Positions 9,942-21,305 are shown, numbered from the stretch's first letter. The stretch is DNA of 56,973 bases from Cyanobacteria bacterium P01_D01_bin.156 (GCA_039024555.1 JBCCQQ010000040.1:1-56973); one strand, 5' to 3'. Numbers and translations are program-made. Notes: a model not told the origin generated them from the sequence alone.

Positions 9942-11237
9942 TTACTCTGCTTCCAGCACCTTCACCTCATAACGAGCATAGTCCTTATCAATAGAACTAA
10001 TCACCCGCACAGGACGCACCTCTTTAGGCAGCATCGGAGCATCACTGCCATAGACAGCAAGGACATCTTCACTAAGAATCAGCTTCCCGCTAGCATTGTA
10101 GAAATTAACCTGAAGTTTCAAACGACGAATAGCGACATCGCTGGTATTCGTAAAGGCCCATTCGGCATCGAAGTAAGCGCTGTCCGTAATATCGTAGACT
10201 TTTAGGTTTTCGCTACGGGCTCTAAGATCAAAAGTAAGTTGAGCAGGCTGCTGAAAACCCCATTTATATGGGATTGGAGTTCCTGGAGCATAGCTACTTG
10301 GAGCTGGAACCTGATCAACCGTAAGCACGTTTAGGCTAACGCTAGCCAGATCTGGAGTTGTTTTCTGGATGAGGTCAAAGGCGTGGGAATCGCCAGGACG
10401 CACAATGGCCTGGTTATCCGCAATGGCATCTTTACTATCCGTTGCGATCGCATTGCCGGCCTGGTCAAGATAATCAATATTGAGCTGCACAGCCTCTATT
10501 TCTTGGTTACCCGTATTCTGCAACACCGCCTGCAAAGTGTAATAGGATGCATCATCGTAATTATCTAAACGAGATTGACGCGGCTCTAAACGAAGGCTGA
10601 CTTCTGCTTGATTTAGGGTGATGGGAATGTCAGCGGCTGCTACTGAAGCATCAGGCTCTGCCGAAGTTTCTAGGGTTGACGCTTCAACCAGGCTGTCAGA
10701 CCGATTGTTTAATGCTTCTTGAGCCAGCCGTTGGGCTCTAGACCGTTCGTTGAAAAAGTCCACAGCCGGGATGCTGACTAAAGCTAAGAGCACTATAGCC
10801 CCTCCCAGCCACAGATAGCGTTGACGACTGTCAACACCATGTTCTAATGAGCTAATCAATACCACTGACTCAGCATGCTTTGGATGGAGATCCAGACAGC
10901 GCTTAGCTAACGCAATGGCCTGCTTTTTATCAGCTTCTTTTTTTTGCTTGCCATAGCGCTGATCGTAGGCATAGGCCAAATCACGCAAACTTTCAAAATT
11001 GAGAGGATCTAGGGCAGTTGCTTGGGTCAGTTCCTCAATCGCCTCATCCAAACAATCAAAATCTAAATAGTTTCGACCTCGGTCAGAATGATCCTTAGCT
11101 TTTTGTTCAACAGCAGCCATATCATCGGGGCCTAGCCCTGCTTCCTCAGCCAAACTCGTTAGGGCTGCTGCAGTAACGGGCTCTTCCCAACTAAGCAGCC
11201 GTTGTATGTAGTCTTCAATGATTTGATCGCGACCCAT
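9942..11237 (-). CDS. Membrane protein: N-terminal TPR, TM helix, two FxLYD-like domains (paralog 3)
   Basis: MGRDQIIEDYIQRLLSW, TPR AIEELTQATALDP, TM, IDYLDQAGNAI and VNFYNASGKLI. Confidence 0.8.
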   Translation of the reverse strand: MGRDQIIEDYIQRLLSWEEPVTAAALTSLAEEAGLGPDDMAAVEQKAKDHSDRGRNYLDFDCLDEAIEELTQATALDPLNFESLRDLAYAYDQRYGKQKKEADKKQAIALAKRCLDLHPKHAESVVLISSLEHGVDSRQRYLWLGGAIVLLALVSIPAVDFFNERSRAQRLAQEALNNRSDSLVEASTLETSAEPDASVAAADIPITLNQAEVSLRLEPRQSRLDNYDDASYYTLQAVLQNTGNQEIEAVQLNIDYLDQAGNAIATDSKDAIADNQAIVRPGDSHAFDLIQKTTPDLASVSLNVLTVDQVPAPSSYAPGTPIPYKWGFQQPAQLTFDLRARSENLKVYDITDSAYFDAEWAFTNTSDVAIRRLKLQVNFYNASGKLILSEDVLAVYGSDAPMLPKEVRPVRVISSIDKDYARYEVKVLEAE

Positions 11238-11453
11238 GGGAAAACCCGACGATTTTAGGTAAGTGTAGAATTACTTTTTTTATACACACCACTAAGGGCT
11301 TAACTGTGACTATCAGCTTGAGCATTTGCCCACACTTCTTAAATAGATAAAGCTGATATGTTTGTAAGCTGATTCACTTGTAAGCGTACAGAAGCTCATT
11401 AATACCCCAATAGTAAAGTGTAGCGGTTTCTTTCGGCATCCTGTCGAAATCAC

Positions 11454-13055
11454 CTATTTGGCTTCTAGAACAGTTACCTGATAGCGTTCATAGCCGCTAG
11501 GGATGGATTTAATCACACGGAACGGTCGTATTTCACCGGAGAGTAGCGGCGCATCATTTTTGGAAACGGCCATGATTTCTTCAATTTGTAGCCGCCGATC
11601 TCGACTGTTGTAGAAAGACACTCTCAGCTTGAGCTTCCGAAGGGGATAGTTGCTACTGTTAATTAGCACCCACTCGGCATTGAAATCACCGACATTGGCA
11701 GTATCGTTTTTCTGGGTCGCAATCGACGGAGTATCTGATTGTGCGTTATCTGCATCACGCTTCTTCGACCCATCAGTGGTGCTACTTTCACCGCCAGCAG
11801 CAACCTCTTCATTGGTAGTATCGTCCTCTGCACCATTAACAGCGGCTTGGCTGGCCCCACTGTTCTCTGGTGGAGATGTGCTCTCTAGGCTACCGTCACC
11901 CTCAGCGGAATTAGGGTCACTTTCCTGGTTTGGGTCTGCGGTATTTTCATCATCGCTATTGTCATTAAAGTATTCACTACGGCTAGCGAGCTCAAAACTA
12001 ATCTCATCGGGCGGTAGGGATTCCCAACTGTAGTTGATGGGTGTAGGCGGCACATAAGTGTTGCGGGCAGGGACCTTTTCTAGACTGACAACATTCAGTT
12101 TTACGGTGTGAAGATCCTGGGTAGCTTCTTGAATAAAATTAAAGGAATAGGTATCGCCGGGACGAATAACAGCATCTGTCGGACCAATGGCTGTGGTTTC
12201 ATCAGCTGCGATCGCAACACCGGTACGATCCAAAAACTCTGCATTTAGGTCAAGTTTACGAATTTCCTGATCGCTAGCATTAATAAAAACCCCATGCAGC
12301 TGGTAATAGATCGCATCTTGATAATCTCCTAGCTGAGAGAATCTCGCTTCTAAAACAATGCCAGGGTAATCAAAAATCACGGGAATATCGACATCAGATA
12401 AAATATCAATATCGGGCAACGTAGGCAGTCTAGGCGTTTTAGGAGTATCCGTTTCACTGGCCTCATAGATAACAGAACCAGGAATAATCGTGCCAGGAGC
12501 AGGGCCAAGGGGATCTGGAGTGGAGAAAACAGGCAGACGACTCACCCCTAATAGCCCCATGGCAACAACAGCCAAGCCACTTACAGCAATAGTCACTCTG
12601 GGTTTAGTCCATTGCCAGGTGATTTTTTGACTCTGATTCGGAGTATGTTCTAAAAAACTGATTAAGACAAGAGCTTCCTTATCATTAGGTTTTAGAGCTA
12701 CGCAGCGTTTGGCTACTAGTAGGGCCTTTTGTCGATCGTCCGCAGCGTTTGCCCGGGTGTAACGCTGGTTATAGGCATTGGCAAGAGCGTGGAGCAGATC
12801 CAAATTTAATGGGTCCAACTTCATCGCCTGGGTAAATTCATCAATAGCGTCATCCAGAGAGTCAGACTTTAAGTAGTTTCGACCACGACTGATGTGGGCC
12901 ATCGCCTGGCGTTTAACAGCATGCATCTCTGCAGGCGAAATGCCCACCTCCTTGGAGATCGTAGCCAATGTATTCTTATCGAGCGGTTTATCCCAATCGA
13001 GTAGTTTCTGAATATATGCCTCGATGATGCGTGCTTGGCCCATACCTTTACCCAC
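11454..13055 (-). CDS. TPR-TM-FxLYD-like protein (paralog 2) with acidic insertion
   Basis: IIEAYIQKLLDW, AEFLDRTGVAI, VSFYNSRDRRL; homologous to both neighbours. Confidence 0.8.
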   Translation of the reverse strand: MGKGMGQARIIEAYIQKLLDWDKPLDKNTLATISKEVGISPAEMHAVKRQAMAHISRGRNYLKSDSLDDAIDEFTQAMKLDPLNLDLLHALANAYNQRYTRANAADDRQKALLVAKRCVALKPNDKEALVLISFLEHTPNQSQKITWQWTKPRVTIAVSGLAVVAMGLLGVSRLPVFSTPDPLGPAPGTIIPGSVIYEASETDTPKTPRLPTLPDIDILSDVDIPVIFDYPGIVLEARFSQLGDYQDAIYYQLHGVFINASDQEIRKLDLNAEFLDRTGVAIAADETTAIGPTDAVIRPGDTYSFNFIQEATQDLHTVKLNVVSLEKVPARNTYVPPTPINYSWESLPPDEISFELASRSEYFNDNSDDENTADPNQESDPNSAEGDGSLESTSPPENSGASQAAVNGAEDDTTNEEVAAGGESSTTDGSKKRDADNAQSDTPSIATQKNDTANVGDFNAEWVLINSSNYPLRKLKLRVSFYNSRDRRLQIEEIMAVSKNDAPLLSGEIRPFRVIKSIPSGYERYQVTVLEAK

Positions 13056-13297
13056 TGAGTTCCGCTAGCGCAGCAATTTCGATTGCACAGCTATGTCAAT
13101 CCATTCTTCGGTTGTGCCTTAGGATACGGATAAAAATCTGACTAATTTGAGTAAAGTCTTCGTAGACGGGCAGTTCGATAGGTTAAGCCAGGGCCTGACA
13201 TTAGTTTTTGTTCAGCAAATTATTGGAACCATAGACCATTAGATTCTTCTGTACACTGTCCTTAGGGCATCACAGTTAACCACACCAAGAGATTCAG

Positions 13298-14479
13298 CTA
13301 GTCTACAGTCGTCATATCTTCGCCACGGCTGATCAGCTGGCTATGATGGCCCTCCGGCAGCCATGAACCCAAACTAAAATTGTTGGGAATTGGAGGATTA
13401 TAGGGTTTATTATCAACCACTTGTTCAATGTCAGTAACACTCACCCGCACCTGAATTAGGTTGGGGGTAATTTTATGAAACAGCTCAAAGGGCTGAATAT
13501 CTCCCGGTCGAATGCTGTTGTTACTGATGGTAGTTTGATTGATCGTGGCAATTGGTACCCCATCCCCATCCAAGAGTTCCAATTTCAAATCAAGTTTTCT
13601 TACCTCTTGGCCACTATCGTTGATCAACAGACCATGCAGTTTGTAATAGTCGGCACCGTCATATTCTCCTAGACGCGACAAACGAGGCTCTAGAAACAAT
13701 CCAGGATATTGAAACGTAACAGGAATATTTGGTCCGGGATCAAAAACCGGGACTGACAGTAAATCATCGACGGCATCTAGATCAACAGCTCCCTTAGCGC
13801 TCAAAAAACTAGAATTGATAGCTTTGGGAGTGGGTCTAACGCCCCCTGGCAGACGATTACCCCCGATAAACACTACACCGACCGTTGCCATCCCTCCAAC
13901 CAATACAGCCAACTTTGAAACCGTTGGCCTACGAGTATCACTGGCTAAATTACGTACAGTTACCAGGGTGGCTTGGGCCAATTCCAGAAGATGTTTGGGA
14001 TTAGTACTTTGCTGAAACTGATCAATCAGTGCAAAAATTGGGGGCCGTTGTTGTCGTGACCCGGTGTGGTATCCGGCCTTGCGTTTAAGGCGCTTTAGCA
14101 GAGCCAACGCATCTTTATCATTGGGATACAATTCAACACAACGATTGGCAATCAGCCGTGTTTGTTGTCGATCCAACAGATTACTTTCTTTTTGATAGCG
14201 CTGATAATATAGCTCCGCTAAAGCATTGAGCACATCTGCATTCACTGGATCTAAGTTGCTAGCCTGAACCAGCTCATCAATAGCACTATTGAAATTATCA
14301 ACATCCCTATAGCTGCGGCTGCGTTCAAGGTGATTTTGCACTTTGAGCTTAATAGCGGCTAGTTCCCCTGCCGTAATCCCAAGCTCTTGCGCAATCGTAT
14401 TCAGAACATCGGGAGTAATTGGCTGATCCCAGGCAAGCAGTTGTTGAATATAGGCCTCAATAATACTGGCGCGACCCAT
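13298..14479 (-). CDS. TPR-TM-FxLYD-like protein (paralog 1), single FxLYD domain
   Basis: MGRASIIEAYIQQLLAW, LELLDGDGVPI; second domain missing. Confidence 0.8.
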   Translation of the reverse strand: MGRASIIEAYIQQLLAWDQPITPDVLNTIAQELGITAGELAAIKLKVQNHLERSRSYRDVDNFNSAIDELVQASNLDPVNADVLNALAELYYQRYQKESNLLDRQQTRLIANRCVELYPNDKDALALLKRLKRKAGYHTGSRQQRPPIFALIDQFQQSTNPKHLLELAQATLVTVRNLASDTRRPTVSKLAVLVGGMATVGVVFIGGNRLPGGVRPTPKAINSSFLSAKGAVDLDAVDDLLSVPVFDPGPNIPVTFQYPGLFLEPRLSRLGEYDGADYYKLHGLLINDSGQEVRKLDLKLELLDGDGVPIATINQTTISNNSIRPGDIQPFELFHKITPNLIQVRVSVTDIEQVVDNKPYNPPIPNNFSLGSWLPEGHHSQLISRGEDMTTVD

Positions 14480-14821
14480 TGTTGACTCCGTTTAAGCAAT
14501 TTCTAGAAGAATGATGTATTGCCGGTTTTTTCTATGTCAGCGGGTATGCCGCGATGATTCTTCACACCAATGCGATACGCCTGCTTTCCCCTCTAGTTAA
14601 AGCATTCACGTTGTTTGTTATTCGATACGGATAAATTTTCAGCGAATTTACATAAAGTATTTGTAGCGCGACTAATCTCAGTAAGCGTGCGAACGAAACC
14701 ATCCAATAACAATCTGGACACAACATTCAACCTGTAGTTGAATGCAATATTGCTAATTAACTGGAGATTAGACACGTTTGACTATTTAATATGGGATTTA
14801 GGCATCGCCCTCCTCGGATAG

Positions 14822-15379
14822 ATGCTACGAGTGTGTTTCCCTGCGGTGTTTAAGGTGTCTGCCCATTTAACCCCTAACCAGCTTCACTCTATAAAGGGCC
14901 AGCTTGACTTGATCCTGCTGGCTCTTGAAACACTGGCAGGAATTGGCTCAGAAGCCATTTTGGAACAGGCCAAATGTCTGCAGCTAGATACGCTCCTATC
15001 GGATCGAGTTAGCCTGTGGCGACTACGGCAATCAAGCCCTTTGCGCAAAGGACAAGGACGAAAAAAGCTAGATGTGGATGAAGCCCGAGCCTTAGTACTG
15101 ATTACGGCCCAGCTGGCTCAAATACATCATTCGATGATCAATCAAGCCGTCACAGCCCTGGAAAAATCAACGGCAGCGGGCACCCCACCCCATCGTGTGG
15201 CCATTCTAGGAGACTATTTGGATCAGTTTAGTAATACGTACACTGAACGGATGGATCAGGAGCTATCCCCAATGGTGTTAGAGAAACTGGCATTTCAGTT
15301 ACTGATCGATCTCTTGTTCTATAGCAGTGGCGGCGGTGCTCAACGGCTGTGGCAAACACTGCTGGAGCGCGCTGCTTAA
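14822..15379 (+). CDS. DUF3038 family protein
   Basis: QLDLILLALETL, DRVSLWRLRQSSPLRK, LLIDLLFYS; true start may be GTG near 14855. Confidence 0.85.
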   Translation: MLRVCFPAVFKVSAHLTPNQLHSIKGQLDLILLALETLAGIGSEAILEQAKCLQLDTLLSDRVSLWRLRQSSPLRKGQGRKKLDVDEARALVLITAQLAQIHHSMINQAVTALEKSTAAGTPPHRVAILGDYLDQFSNTYTERMDQELSPMVLEKLAFQLLIDLLFYSSGGGAQRLWQTLLERAA

Positions 15380-15488
15380 TAGATTACTCGCATTGATAAC
15401 TTTCCTACAAAACACTAAGGTTCGAGCTGTAGATAAGGTTTAGACCGATAATGATTGGGTTCAAATCACTAATGAATTTAACTTGGGC

Positions 15489-16055
15489 ATGGCCACAGAC
15501 TTTCTTAAGGGGGCAAATGTATACCTAGTCGGCATGATGGGCTCTGGTAAAAGTACCATCGGTAAACATCTTGCCCGACTCTTAAACTATCGATTTATCG
15601 ATACAGATGAGGTCATTGTGCAGGCCAATGGCAAAAGTATTAATCATATTTTTGCTGAGCTGGGGGAAACTACATTTCGAGATATTGAAACCCAGGTACT
15701 GGCCGGTGTGACGTCTTATACCCGCACCGTAGTTGCTACGGGTGGCGGCATGGTAATTAAACAGGAAAACTGGAGCTATTTACAGTCAGGACTGGTGGTA
15801 TGGCTAAATGTACCTATAGATGAGCTAGTCACTCGTCTAAGTCGGGATACCTCTCGGCCCCTTTTAAAGGATGGCAATTTGCAGGACAAGCTCACAACAA
15901 TTTTGGATCAGCGTAGGGTGCGCTATGCCCAAGCTGATGTAACCGTCGTTTATGAAGCCGGTGGGGAAGTAAGTGAGATCGCACAGCGTACCGTTGATGC
16001 CCTAAAGACCTTTATTAGCGAAAACCCCGCCACCAGCACGACCATTGAACGGTAA
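15489..16055 (+). CDS. aroK: Shikimate kinase
   Basis: LVGMMGSGKSTIG, FIDTD, VVATGGG, RPLL. Confidence 0.95.
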   Translation: MATDFLKGANVYLVGMMGSGKSTIGKHLARLLNYRFIDTDEVIVQANGKSINHIFAELGETTFRDIETQVLAGVTSYTRTVVATGGGMVIKQENWSYLQSGLVVWLNVPIDELVTRLSRDTSRPLLKDGNLQDKLTTILDQRRVRYAQADVTVVYEAGGEVSEIAQRTVDALKTFISENPATSTTIER

Positions 16056-16105
16056 TTTGGTAATCAGGTAATCCTTCCACAACTCATCCATCCTGCATTT
16101 TTCCC

Positions 16106-16978
16106 ATGGAATCTACCGCCAATCAACGGGTTCAAACCCTCAGCGAAGCCCTACCCTACATTCAGCAGTTTCGTGGTCGCACTGTCGTCATTAAGTATGG
16201 CGGCGCTGCCATGAAAGACAGCACCCTAAAGGATAATGTCGTTCGCGATATCGTCTTTATGGCCTGCGTGGGTATTCGTCCCGTGGTGGTCCACGGCGGT
16301 GGTCCTGAAATCAACAACTGGTTGGGCAAACTCAACATTGAGCCCCAATTTAAAGATGGTCTACGGGTAACTGATGCCCCCACCATGGATGTGGTCGAAA
16401 TGGTACTGGTGGGTCGAGTCAATAAAGAACTCGTAGGTTTGGTAAATGCCGCTGGCGGCAGCGCTGTCGGTCTTTGTGGAAAAGACGGCAATATGATTAC
16501 CGCCCGTCCCCATGCAGCCGAAGGTGTTGGCTTTGTAGGGGAAGTTACCCGCATTGACCCTAAGCTAGTCAAATCCTTAGTAGATGCCAACTATATTCCC
16601 ATTATCTCTAGTGTTGCTGCCGACCCCACCGGCCAACCCTACAATATCAACGCTGATACCGTTGCTGGCGAGTTAGCCGCTGCCCTCGGTGCCGAAAAGC
16701 TGATCCTCCTCACCGACACCTCCGGCATCCTCAAGGATTATCACGACCCCACCACCCTCTATAAAAAGCTAGACATTCAGGGAGCCCGCACCCTGATCGA
16801 TTCCGGCATCGTCTCCGGCGGCATGATACCCAAAGTTACCTGTTGCATTCGTGCCCTAGCCCAGGGTGTACATGCAGCCCACATCATCGACGGTCGGCAG
16901 CCCCATTCCCTATTGCTAGAAACCTTTACGAACGAAGGAATAGGTTCCATGCTAGTCGCTTCACAAAAGACCGCCTAG
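16106..16978 (+). CDS. argB: Acetylglutamate kinase
   Basis: [34 protein letters not shown]. Confidence 0.97.
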   Translation: MESTANQRVQTLSEALPYIQQFRGRTVVIKYGGAAMKDSTLKDNVVRDIVFMACVGIRPVVVHGGGPEINNWLGKLNIEPQFKDGLRVTDAPTMDVVEMVLVGRVNKELVGLVNAAGGSAVGLCGKDGNMITARPHAAEGVGFVGEVTRIDPKLVKSLVDANYIPIISSVAADPTGQPYNINADTVAGELAAALGAEKLILLTDTSGILKDYHDPTTLYKKLDIQGARTLIDSGIVSGGMIPKVTCCIRALAQGVHAAHIIDGRQPHSLLLETFTNEGIGSMLVASQKTA

Positions 16979-17032
16979 AATAAATCGAAAGCGGTTTTAT
17001 CCAACGCCCACACCTTCTTTTCGACCTTAGAT

Positions 17033-18181
17033 ATGGCAGCTACTTGGTGGAATAAACTCAAACAAAATTCCCTGGCCCGATTTGGCGCCACGGTACTGAT
17101 TATTTTTTACCTAACGGTAGCTTTTGCCGAAATTACCGCCCCCTACGACCCCTACGAACAACAGGCCAATGGGTCTTTGTTACCCCCCACCACCGTCTAT
17201 TGGCGAGACCAAACCACCGGCAACTTTATTGGCCCCCATGTATATCCTGTCTCCCAAGGTCCGGTAGATATTGATACCGGAGACCGAGTTACGTCAACAG
17301 ACTTCTCTAAACCGTCCCCCATTCGGCTGTGGGTGAAAGGGGCTGAATATAGGCTTTTTCAACTTAAGCTGCCGTTGATTAAAAGTATCTCTTTTGAAGA
17401 GTCCATGCAGTTAAACGAAGTGGAACTCTTCAAAGGTATTTCCTTTGATCGTCATTTGTTTGGCACCGTGGGTGAAGGTCGTTGGAATATTTTTGGCACT
17501 GATGAGTCCGCTCGAGACCAACTGAGCCGATTGATCCACGGTGGTCGCATTAGTCTCAGCATTGGTCTTGTGGGAATTATCATTACCTTCCCCTTGGGTT
17601 TACTGATTGGCGGCATCTCCGGCTACTTTGGCGGCATGACCGACACGATCATAATGCGTCTGGTGGAAGTAATTATGACCATCCCCGGTTTCTTTTTGTT
17701 GGTCACTCTGGCAGCGGTATTACCCGCTGGACTCAGCAGTTCCCAACGCTTTTTATTGATCGTTTTGATTTTGTCCTTTATTGGCTGGACGGGTCTTGCA
17801 AGGATTATTCGTGGTGAGGTGCTTTCTCTCAAAGAACGAACTTTTGTTCAAGCCAGTCAGGCCATGGGTGGACGTTCTCTCCACATTATTTTGCGTCACA
17901 TTTTGCCCCAGACAGCCACCTACGTAATTATCTCAGCCACGCTGGCCATTCCTGGATATATTCTCTCCGAGTCAGCCCTGAGCTTTATTGGTCTAGGGAT
18001 TCAGCAACCCGATGCCTCTTGGGGCAACATGCTATCGTCAGCTACCAATGCATCTATTTTGGTGCTGCATCCCTGGTTGATTTGGCCTCCAGCAGCGTTG
18101 ATTGTGGTTACGGTACTGTGTTTTAACCTGCTAGGCGATGGTCTGCGGGATGCCTTAGATCCACGTAGTTTAGAAGAATAA
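17033..18181 (+). CDS. Peptide/nickel ABC transporter permease (DppC/OppC-like)
   Basis: GTDESARD.LSRL, HILP, ESALSFIGLG, NLLGDGLRDALDP. Confidence 0.93.
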   Translation: MAATWWNKLKQNSLARFGATVLIIFYLTVAFAEITAPYDPYEQQANGSLLPPTTVYWRDQTTGNFIGPHVYPVSQGPVDIDTGDRVTSTDFSKPSPIRLWVKGAEYRLFQLKLPLIKSISFEESMQLNEVELFKGISFDRHLFGTVGEGRWNIFGTDESARDQLSRLIHGGRISLSIGLVGIIITFPLGLLIGGISGYFGGMTDTIIMRLVEVIMTIPGFFLLVTLAAVLPAGLSSSQRFLLIVLILSFIGWTGLARIIRGEVLSLKERTFVQASQAMGGRSLHIILRHILPQTATYVIISATLAIPGYILSESALSFIGLGIQQPDASWGNMLSSATNASILVLHPWLIWPPAALIVVTVLCFNLLGDGLRDALDPRSLEE

Positions 18182-18183
18182 TT

Positions 18184-18213
18184 AAAGGACACATCCTTAT
18201 AAATGTGTCCTTT
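18184..18213. terminator. Probable bidirectional terminator hairpin between convergent genes
   Basis: aaaggacacat-ccttataa-atgtgtccttt. Confidence 0.6.
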
Positions 18214-18266
18214 TCGAGGCAGGCTGTTATGTCAGTTGTTTGGAAGCTTGTTCTATAGCCTGACAA

Positions 18267-18566
18267 CTATTTCTTCCAAAGCTGTTCGTTTAAAGCGTGA
18301 TATTCAGTCCAATCAATCTCATTCCAGCGACCTTCATCAGCTAGAGCAGCCGCTTCATATTTAATCTCAGCAAGGCGATCGTAAATATCTGCGCTTGAAG
18401 TATTACCCTCATCGCGCATTTTTTGCGCTTGGGCTTCATACTCCATGGCCGTTTGGCGAAAATCATCCCCGCCATTGCCACCTGCAAGTACCGAGGCGTT
18501 AAAACCAACAGAAACCAGCAGAATGGCTGTCAAAGTAAACAAGCTTGTTATGGGATTCTTCGTCAT
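18267..18566 (-). CDS. Small secreted hypothetical protein
   Basis: From ATG 18566: signal peptide MTKNPITSLFTLTAILL..VLA, then a helical acidic domain. Confidence 0.7.
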   Translation of the reverse strand: MTKNPITSLFTLTAILLVSVGFNASVLAGGNGGDDFRQTAMEYEAQAQKMRDEGNTSSADIYDRLAEIKYEAAALADEGRWNEIDWTEYHALNEQLWKK

Positions 18567-18736
18567 GAGTTCGCTCTGTGAAGTGTGTCGAATACCTGAT
18601 TCGATCTTCCTCAAGGGCTTTTATAACGTCCACCGTAATCGCACTCATCCAAGCTGAGTTGATGCTCTTGATTGAATTCAAATTTTCGGAAGATATGGGC
18701 ACGCTATCCTAGAGTCAATCGCAACCGGTAAACCCT

Positions 18737-19321
18737 ATGACGATTGCTACCAATAAAACGCTGACTCTCGCAGAGTATCTGACCTATGACGACGGTACAG
18801 GGACTCGTTATGAGTTGGTGGACGGGGTACTAGTGGAAATGCCGACCGAGAGCCCGATTAATAAAACCATCGTCATGTTCTTGGTAAGCTATTTCTTGCG
18901 ATTAGGAATTCCCTATCATCGACTTGCTATCGGTCATCAGCTAGAGGTTACTTCTGAAAAAGTATCTGCCCGAGAACCAGATTTAATTTTGCATTCGGAG
19001 AAATCTGCCGCTGCAATTTTGCAAGACGGTAAGCTGTTGCGTCTGGGCATGCCGATACCGGATTTAGTGGTGGAAGTGGTATCCAGTAGTGACACGGACC
19101 AAAAATCTCGAGAGAGAGACTATGTAGAAAAGCGAGAAGAGTATTCAGAACTTGGGATACCGGAGTATTGGATTATAGATCCAGTGGCGTCGGTTATTTT
19201 AGTTTTGACTCTGGCAGATGATAAATACCAAGAACGTAAATTCCAAAATAACGAAATAATATTGTCCAGCTTTCCTAAAACAGATCTTACTGCTGCTCAA
19301 ATATTAAAAGCTGGCCTTTGA
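18737..19321 (+). CDS. Uma2-family endonuclease-like protein
   Basis: YELVDG.LVEMP, PDLVVEVVS, GIPEYWIIDP. Confidence 0.93.
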   Translation: MTIATNKTLTLAEYLTYDDGTGTRYELVDGVLVEMPTESPINKTIVMFLVSYFLRLGIPYHRLAIGHQLEVTSEKVSAREPDLILHSEKSAAAILQDGKLLRLGMPIPDLVVEVVSSSDTDQKSRERDYVEKREEYSELGIPEYWIIDPVASVILVLTLADDKYQERKFQNNEIILSSFPKTDLTAAQILKAGL

Positions 19322-19394
19322 GAGAACACATTACAATCATCAGCCGCATGTATCTATTCAGATTTTAAGAGTAGTCTGTGAATAAGAGGTTGCC

Positions 19395-20612
19395 TTAGTC
19401 TATGCCCCAAACTTCCAATAGCTGATCTGCTCGATCTGCTTCAGTTTCATTGTCTTGTCTTTCATACAAACGACGGGCTTCTCGCAGTGCGGAGGCTGCC
19501 GCTTCGCGCCGTCCTTGGCCCCATAGCGCCAGACCCAAGTTATATCGAGCACCGGCATCTTCAGGATATTGCCGTACGATCTGTCGGTAAGAAATCACTG
19601 CCCGAATGTACTGTTCTCGCTCCAGAAGCAAAGCCCCCAAAGCTGCCTGGGCAGGGACAAAAAACGGGTTTGCATCCACCGTTTCTTCATAGTGGATAAA
19701 CGCTGAATCAATATCACCGCGCTCCTCGAAAATATTTGCCAAGGCAAAATGGCTTTCCCAATCCCGAGGGTTTGAACTAATCGCTCGTCGCAGGGACTCT
19801 TCCGCCTGGTTAATGCGTCCCTTATGGAGCCAAATTTTGGCTAGGTTGCCGTGGATACTGCCTCGATTATTATCAATACGCAATGCCTGCTGCAGCGGCC
19901 GCAGGGCGTTATCGTACTGTTCCTGCTGTAAGTACAGCAGACCAATCGCTTCATACACTTGGGCATTGTTAGGCGATAGTTGAGTCGCTTCTTTTAGTGC
20001 TTCAAGAGCAGCGTCGTACTGCTCCAACTTCAGCAGCATATTGCCCAACCCTAGAAAGGCATTGGCTTCCTGGGGAGCCATGCTAGCAATAGAACGATAG
20101 GCATCCGCCGCTTCCGCATAGCGATCTGCTTGGTAAAGGCTGTGGGCTAACCCGTAGCGAAAGGATATATTGCGACTGTCGCGGTCAATGGCTTGCCGGT
20201 AGCTTTCTACCGCTAGCTGAAAGTCGCCTTTGAGAATTTGTAGGTAGCCAATGCCAGAGTAGAGTTTGGCATCGTTTCGATCAATGGTAAGGGCTGTTTG
20301 GTAGGCTGCGATCGCAGCCGAATAATTTTCATTATCCACATGCTGCTGAGCTGTCCGTAATAGCTCACTAAGCCGCTCCTGCTGAGCATCCGTCAGCTCA
20401 CTAACCTGTATCTCTGTTGCTTGGGTCAGCAGCACCTCAGGTAGCGGTAATGCCTGGGCCGTCATCGGCAGCATCCAAACTAAGCCAGCCGTTGCCAACT
20501 GAGCAGATAGCTGCCCTAGGGGCCTCACCAGGGAAGTAACAGAAGGAATTAATACAGTTTTCTCAAACATATGCTTTGAATGGGGGCGTTGCTGCTCTGA
20601 CGGATGAAACAC
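19395..20612 (-). CDS. Tetratricopeptide-repeat protein, probably exported
   Basis: About 9 consecutive TPRs after a signal-like segment; start uncertain. Confidence 0.88.
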   Translation of the reverse strand: MFHPSEQQRPHSKHMFEKTVLIPSVTSLVRPLGQLSAQLATAGLVWMLPMTAQALPLPEVLLTQATEIQVSELTDAQQERLSELLRTAQQHVDNENYSAAIAAYQTALTIDRNDAKLYSGIGYLQILKGDFQLAVESYRQAIDRDSRNISFRYGLAHSLYQADRYAEAADAYRSIASMAPQEANAFLGLGNMLLKLEQYDAALEALKEATQLSPNNAQVYEAIGLLYLQQEQYDNALRPLQQALRIDNNRGSIHGNLAKIWLHKGRINQAEESLRRAISSNPRDWESHFALANIFEERGDIDSAFIHYEETVDANPFFVPAQAALGALLLEREQYIRAVISYRQIVRQYPEDAGARYNLGLALWGQGRREAAASALREARRLYERQDNETEADRADQLLEVWGID

Positions 20613-20701
20613 AACTTGTAGAACAGAGCGATAACCTAGCTAAAAAAATCGTACCGATAAGCAGCAAGGTTACTATGACGATGCTACCAACACAATAAGC
20701 A

Positions 20702-21025
20702 ATGATTTTAACAACTACTGACACACTTCAAGGACAAAATATCCAACAATACCTGGGTATTGTTACCGCTGAAGTGGTCTATGGCAGTAACATGCTCCGC
20801 GATTTCTTCGCTGGTATCCGGGATGTTTTGGGTGGCCGCACTGGCTCCTATGAACGTATTTTTGAACGGGGTCAGCAGGATGCGCTTAAGGAGTTACAAA
20901 AACGTGCTCAGCAGATGGGTGCAGATGCTGTCATTGGTATTCAGATAAAAACGGACACGATTAATCTGGATGAAACTGGCGTGCTAATGCTGATTACGGC
21001 AAGTGGTACAGCTGTAAAACTGTAG
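20702..21025 (+). CDS. YbjQ / UPF0145 family protein
   Basis: RDFFAGIRDVLGGRTGSYE, GADAVIG, ASGTAVKL. Confidence 0.93.
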   Translation: MILTTTDTLQGQNIQQYLGIVTAEVVYGSNMLRDFFAGIRDVLGGRTGSYERIFERGQQDALKELQKRAQQMGADAVIGIQIKTDTINLDETGVLMLITASGTAVKL

Positions 21026-21074
21026 GTATGGAAAAACTGACTGTCGAGAATCTCGAACGCGTAATTGCCAGGTT

Positions 21075-21305
21075 TTAGAAGACACGGATTTTATCCTCTA
21101 AAACAGGCTGTCTTAAATGTTCTTTGATGGCGTCTTCTGTGTCGAGATCTACTGGATACTGGAGCACATCTTGCAGACATAGCCTGATTTTACTCACACC
21201 AAACAGCCCAATTGGACGGGAAAATTCTACGAGGCAGTCGATGTCACTGTTGGCAGTTGCTTCGTCTCTGGCAAACAAATAGGGACTGATGGCACGGTTA
21301 AGCAT
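21075..21305 (-). pseudogene. Degenerate minimal nucleotidyltransferase (MNT antitoxin-like)
   Basis: LFARDEA..SDIDCLVEF..VDL; the GS of LFGSxAR is missing, the N-terminus is truncated and no HEPN partner is adjacent. Confidence 0.7.
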
